Under the pieces are notes generated by a model. The model saw only the letters and a list, made by a program, of their open reading frames with translations, was not told where the DNA came from and did no database searches. Positions 62,466 to 64,000 of a stretch of 64,000 nucleotides of DNA are shown here, piece by piece; position 1 is the stretch's first letter; the number at the start of each line of letters is the position of its first letter. This stretch comes from Squalus acanthias (taxonomy: Eukaryota): assembly GCA_030390025.1 (NCBI GenBank), contig CM059432.1, forward strand, positions 17,176,001 through 17,240,000, read 5' to 3'. The translations under genes were made by a program, and so were the position numbers.

Positions 62466-64000
62466 TTAAAAAGTATGCCATGGAGATAGCATCCAAGTAG
62501 CACTACAGAAGGTGCCTGCATATCCACGTGGAACATGGTTAACAGGTGACGGCAACAAGCACTCCTCACCTGCACTCAAATACAGAAGATTATTGGTAAT
62601 ACAAGTGATTCAAATGCAATATTTAATCCATTCACACAAGCTCTGAAAATAATTTCATTTGCAACTTGGAGAAAGTGGACATTTTCTGAACTAAGCCAAA
62701 AAAGATTAGGGGAAACCTAAAAAAAATGCAACCATACCCTTAAGTAATGAGGGAACAGTAATCCTGACATGTGGCCTGTATGTCTCAATGGGTTAATTTA
62801 AGTATATTTTGTTTGGGTGGGGGAGCAAAATGGCAAAAGAGATGAGATAAAATGAAGATATCTACAGACTGTACCAGTATAAATTACAAGCAAGTGAACC
62901 AAGGAGACACACTGAAGGCCATTAAGGAGGTCAACAAGCTGGACTTTTGTCTCATTTCTTTTGGGGAGGGGAAGGAAAGAAGTTACAAAAGGTTAAAGTA
63001 ATTAATCCATTTGATTTCCATGGAATTTTAAAAACTTGTTGAAAAACATTAGAGTCCCGACTTACCTGCTGCAAAAAGGTCAATCCTTTGTTCTGTTTGT
63101 GACAGTGAGTACAGTAAAACTAATGTTAAAGACTAAGATAACCCATCTTCAGCAGCTATTTTTTTTTTTAAATCACAATAATGGAATGAAGACACCCAGA
63201 GCACAAGTGACAATGATACTTGATGTTATCAAAAATTCAGGGTGGAATCGTCATTTCACAAAGCAAACAAGATATATCGCAGGCCTGGAATTTCCTGGGC
63301 ATAACTACAGCGCAAGGACGGTGTTGCGCCTTTTCTTCCAAGCAAATTTACGTGTAACTGATTTACGCCGGTTGTATGGCGAAACATCGCTACGTGTGAA
63401 TTTCCTCGATTGTTTCAGATACATTTGCCAAAACCATCCGCCACTCATTTACATAACTCCACCCCCCTGCAAAAGACCAGCTCAAGGGAGTTTTCTGCAT
63501 TAAAAAGATTTCTCAATACTGTATATGAATAAATTATTTAAAAAATGATTACTATGTGTTACGTGCTGATGGAAGGTTTACCTCTAAAATCTTAAGGCAT
63601 GGCAGGACCCAAGTCACCTGATATTGGCATAACTGGAGGAGTCATTGCATTTCTCGGGTCTGAAGCTTTACAATTTTAAGGAGTCACTTTTATAACTATT
63701 GATACTTTTGTTCAAAAACAACATTTTTACTTCCTTCTATATAAATAAACTGTTATAGAAACTGCAGTGTCTGCCCTAGCGATTCAAATACCTTTTCATG
63801 TTCTCCTCCAGTGCACATCAACTTATCTAAGTCAACATTCAAACTGCAATACATAAATTGGAAGATCCAGAGCATTCTCCATAGACCTGTATTAGTGCAC
63901 CCGTGCAATTTCTAAAGATCGGTGGGCGTGACGCTTCATTTTATCACGTTTTGTAAATAACTAAAGCACAGCTGCAGAGTTGTAGAATTAGAATTGCTCA

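Noticed and set aside
61573..63503. ORFs of 158 aa (61573) and 155 aa (63036)
   Set aside because: No recognisable domains; they overlap TIR elements in an SLC45A4 intron and are probably chance ORFs.

Overview
Vertebrate genomic DNA; the repeat content (HE1-type V-SINEs, SacSINE1-type DeuSINEs, CR1, Penelope) points to a cartilaginous fish (shark/elasmobranch). The window holds the 3' ends of two convergent spliced genes, matching the known vertebrate DENND3-SLC45A4 tail-to-tail arrangement. DENND3 is on + (last 10 coding exons, 1..27396, C-terminal WD40 region). SLC45A4 is on - (last 5 coding exons, 56748..42232). Exon boundaries were read by hand, are GT-AG, and have consistent phases. Introns and the intergenic region are dense with often nested mobile elements: CR1, L2, RTE, an ORF1-less CR1-group LINE with a tRNA-like head, Penelope-like elements (PLEs) and their fold-back derivatives, SINEs, and hAT, pogo-like and unclassified MITEs. 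Most notable: (1) two diverged ~1.0-1.2 kb solo LTRs with foamy-virus-like layout, both flanked by the same GTTG duplication and lying inverted around a frame-neutral 3-exon block of DENND3; (2) minimal hammerhead ribozyme motifs in the PLE terminal repeats, with consistent 13-14 bp target duplications; (3) a LINE with a Pol III-type head instead of ORF1. Repeat family names come from recognition, not database search, and degenerate repeat boundaries are approximate.
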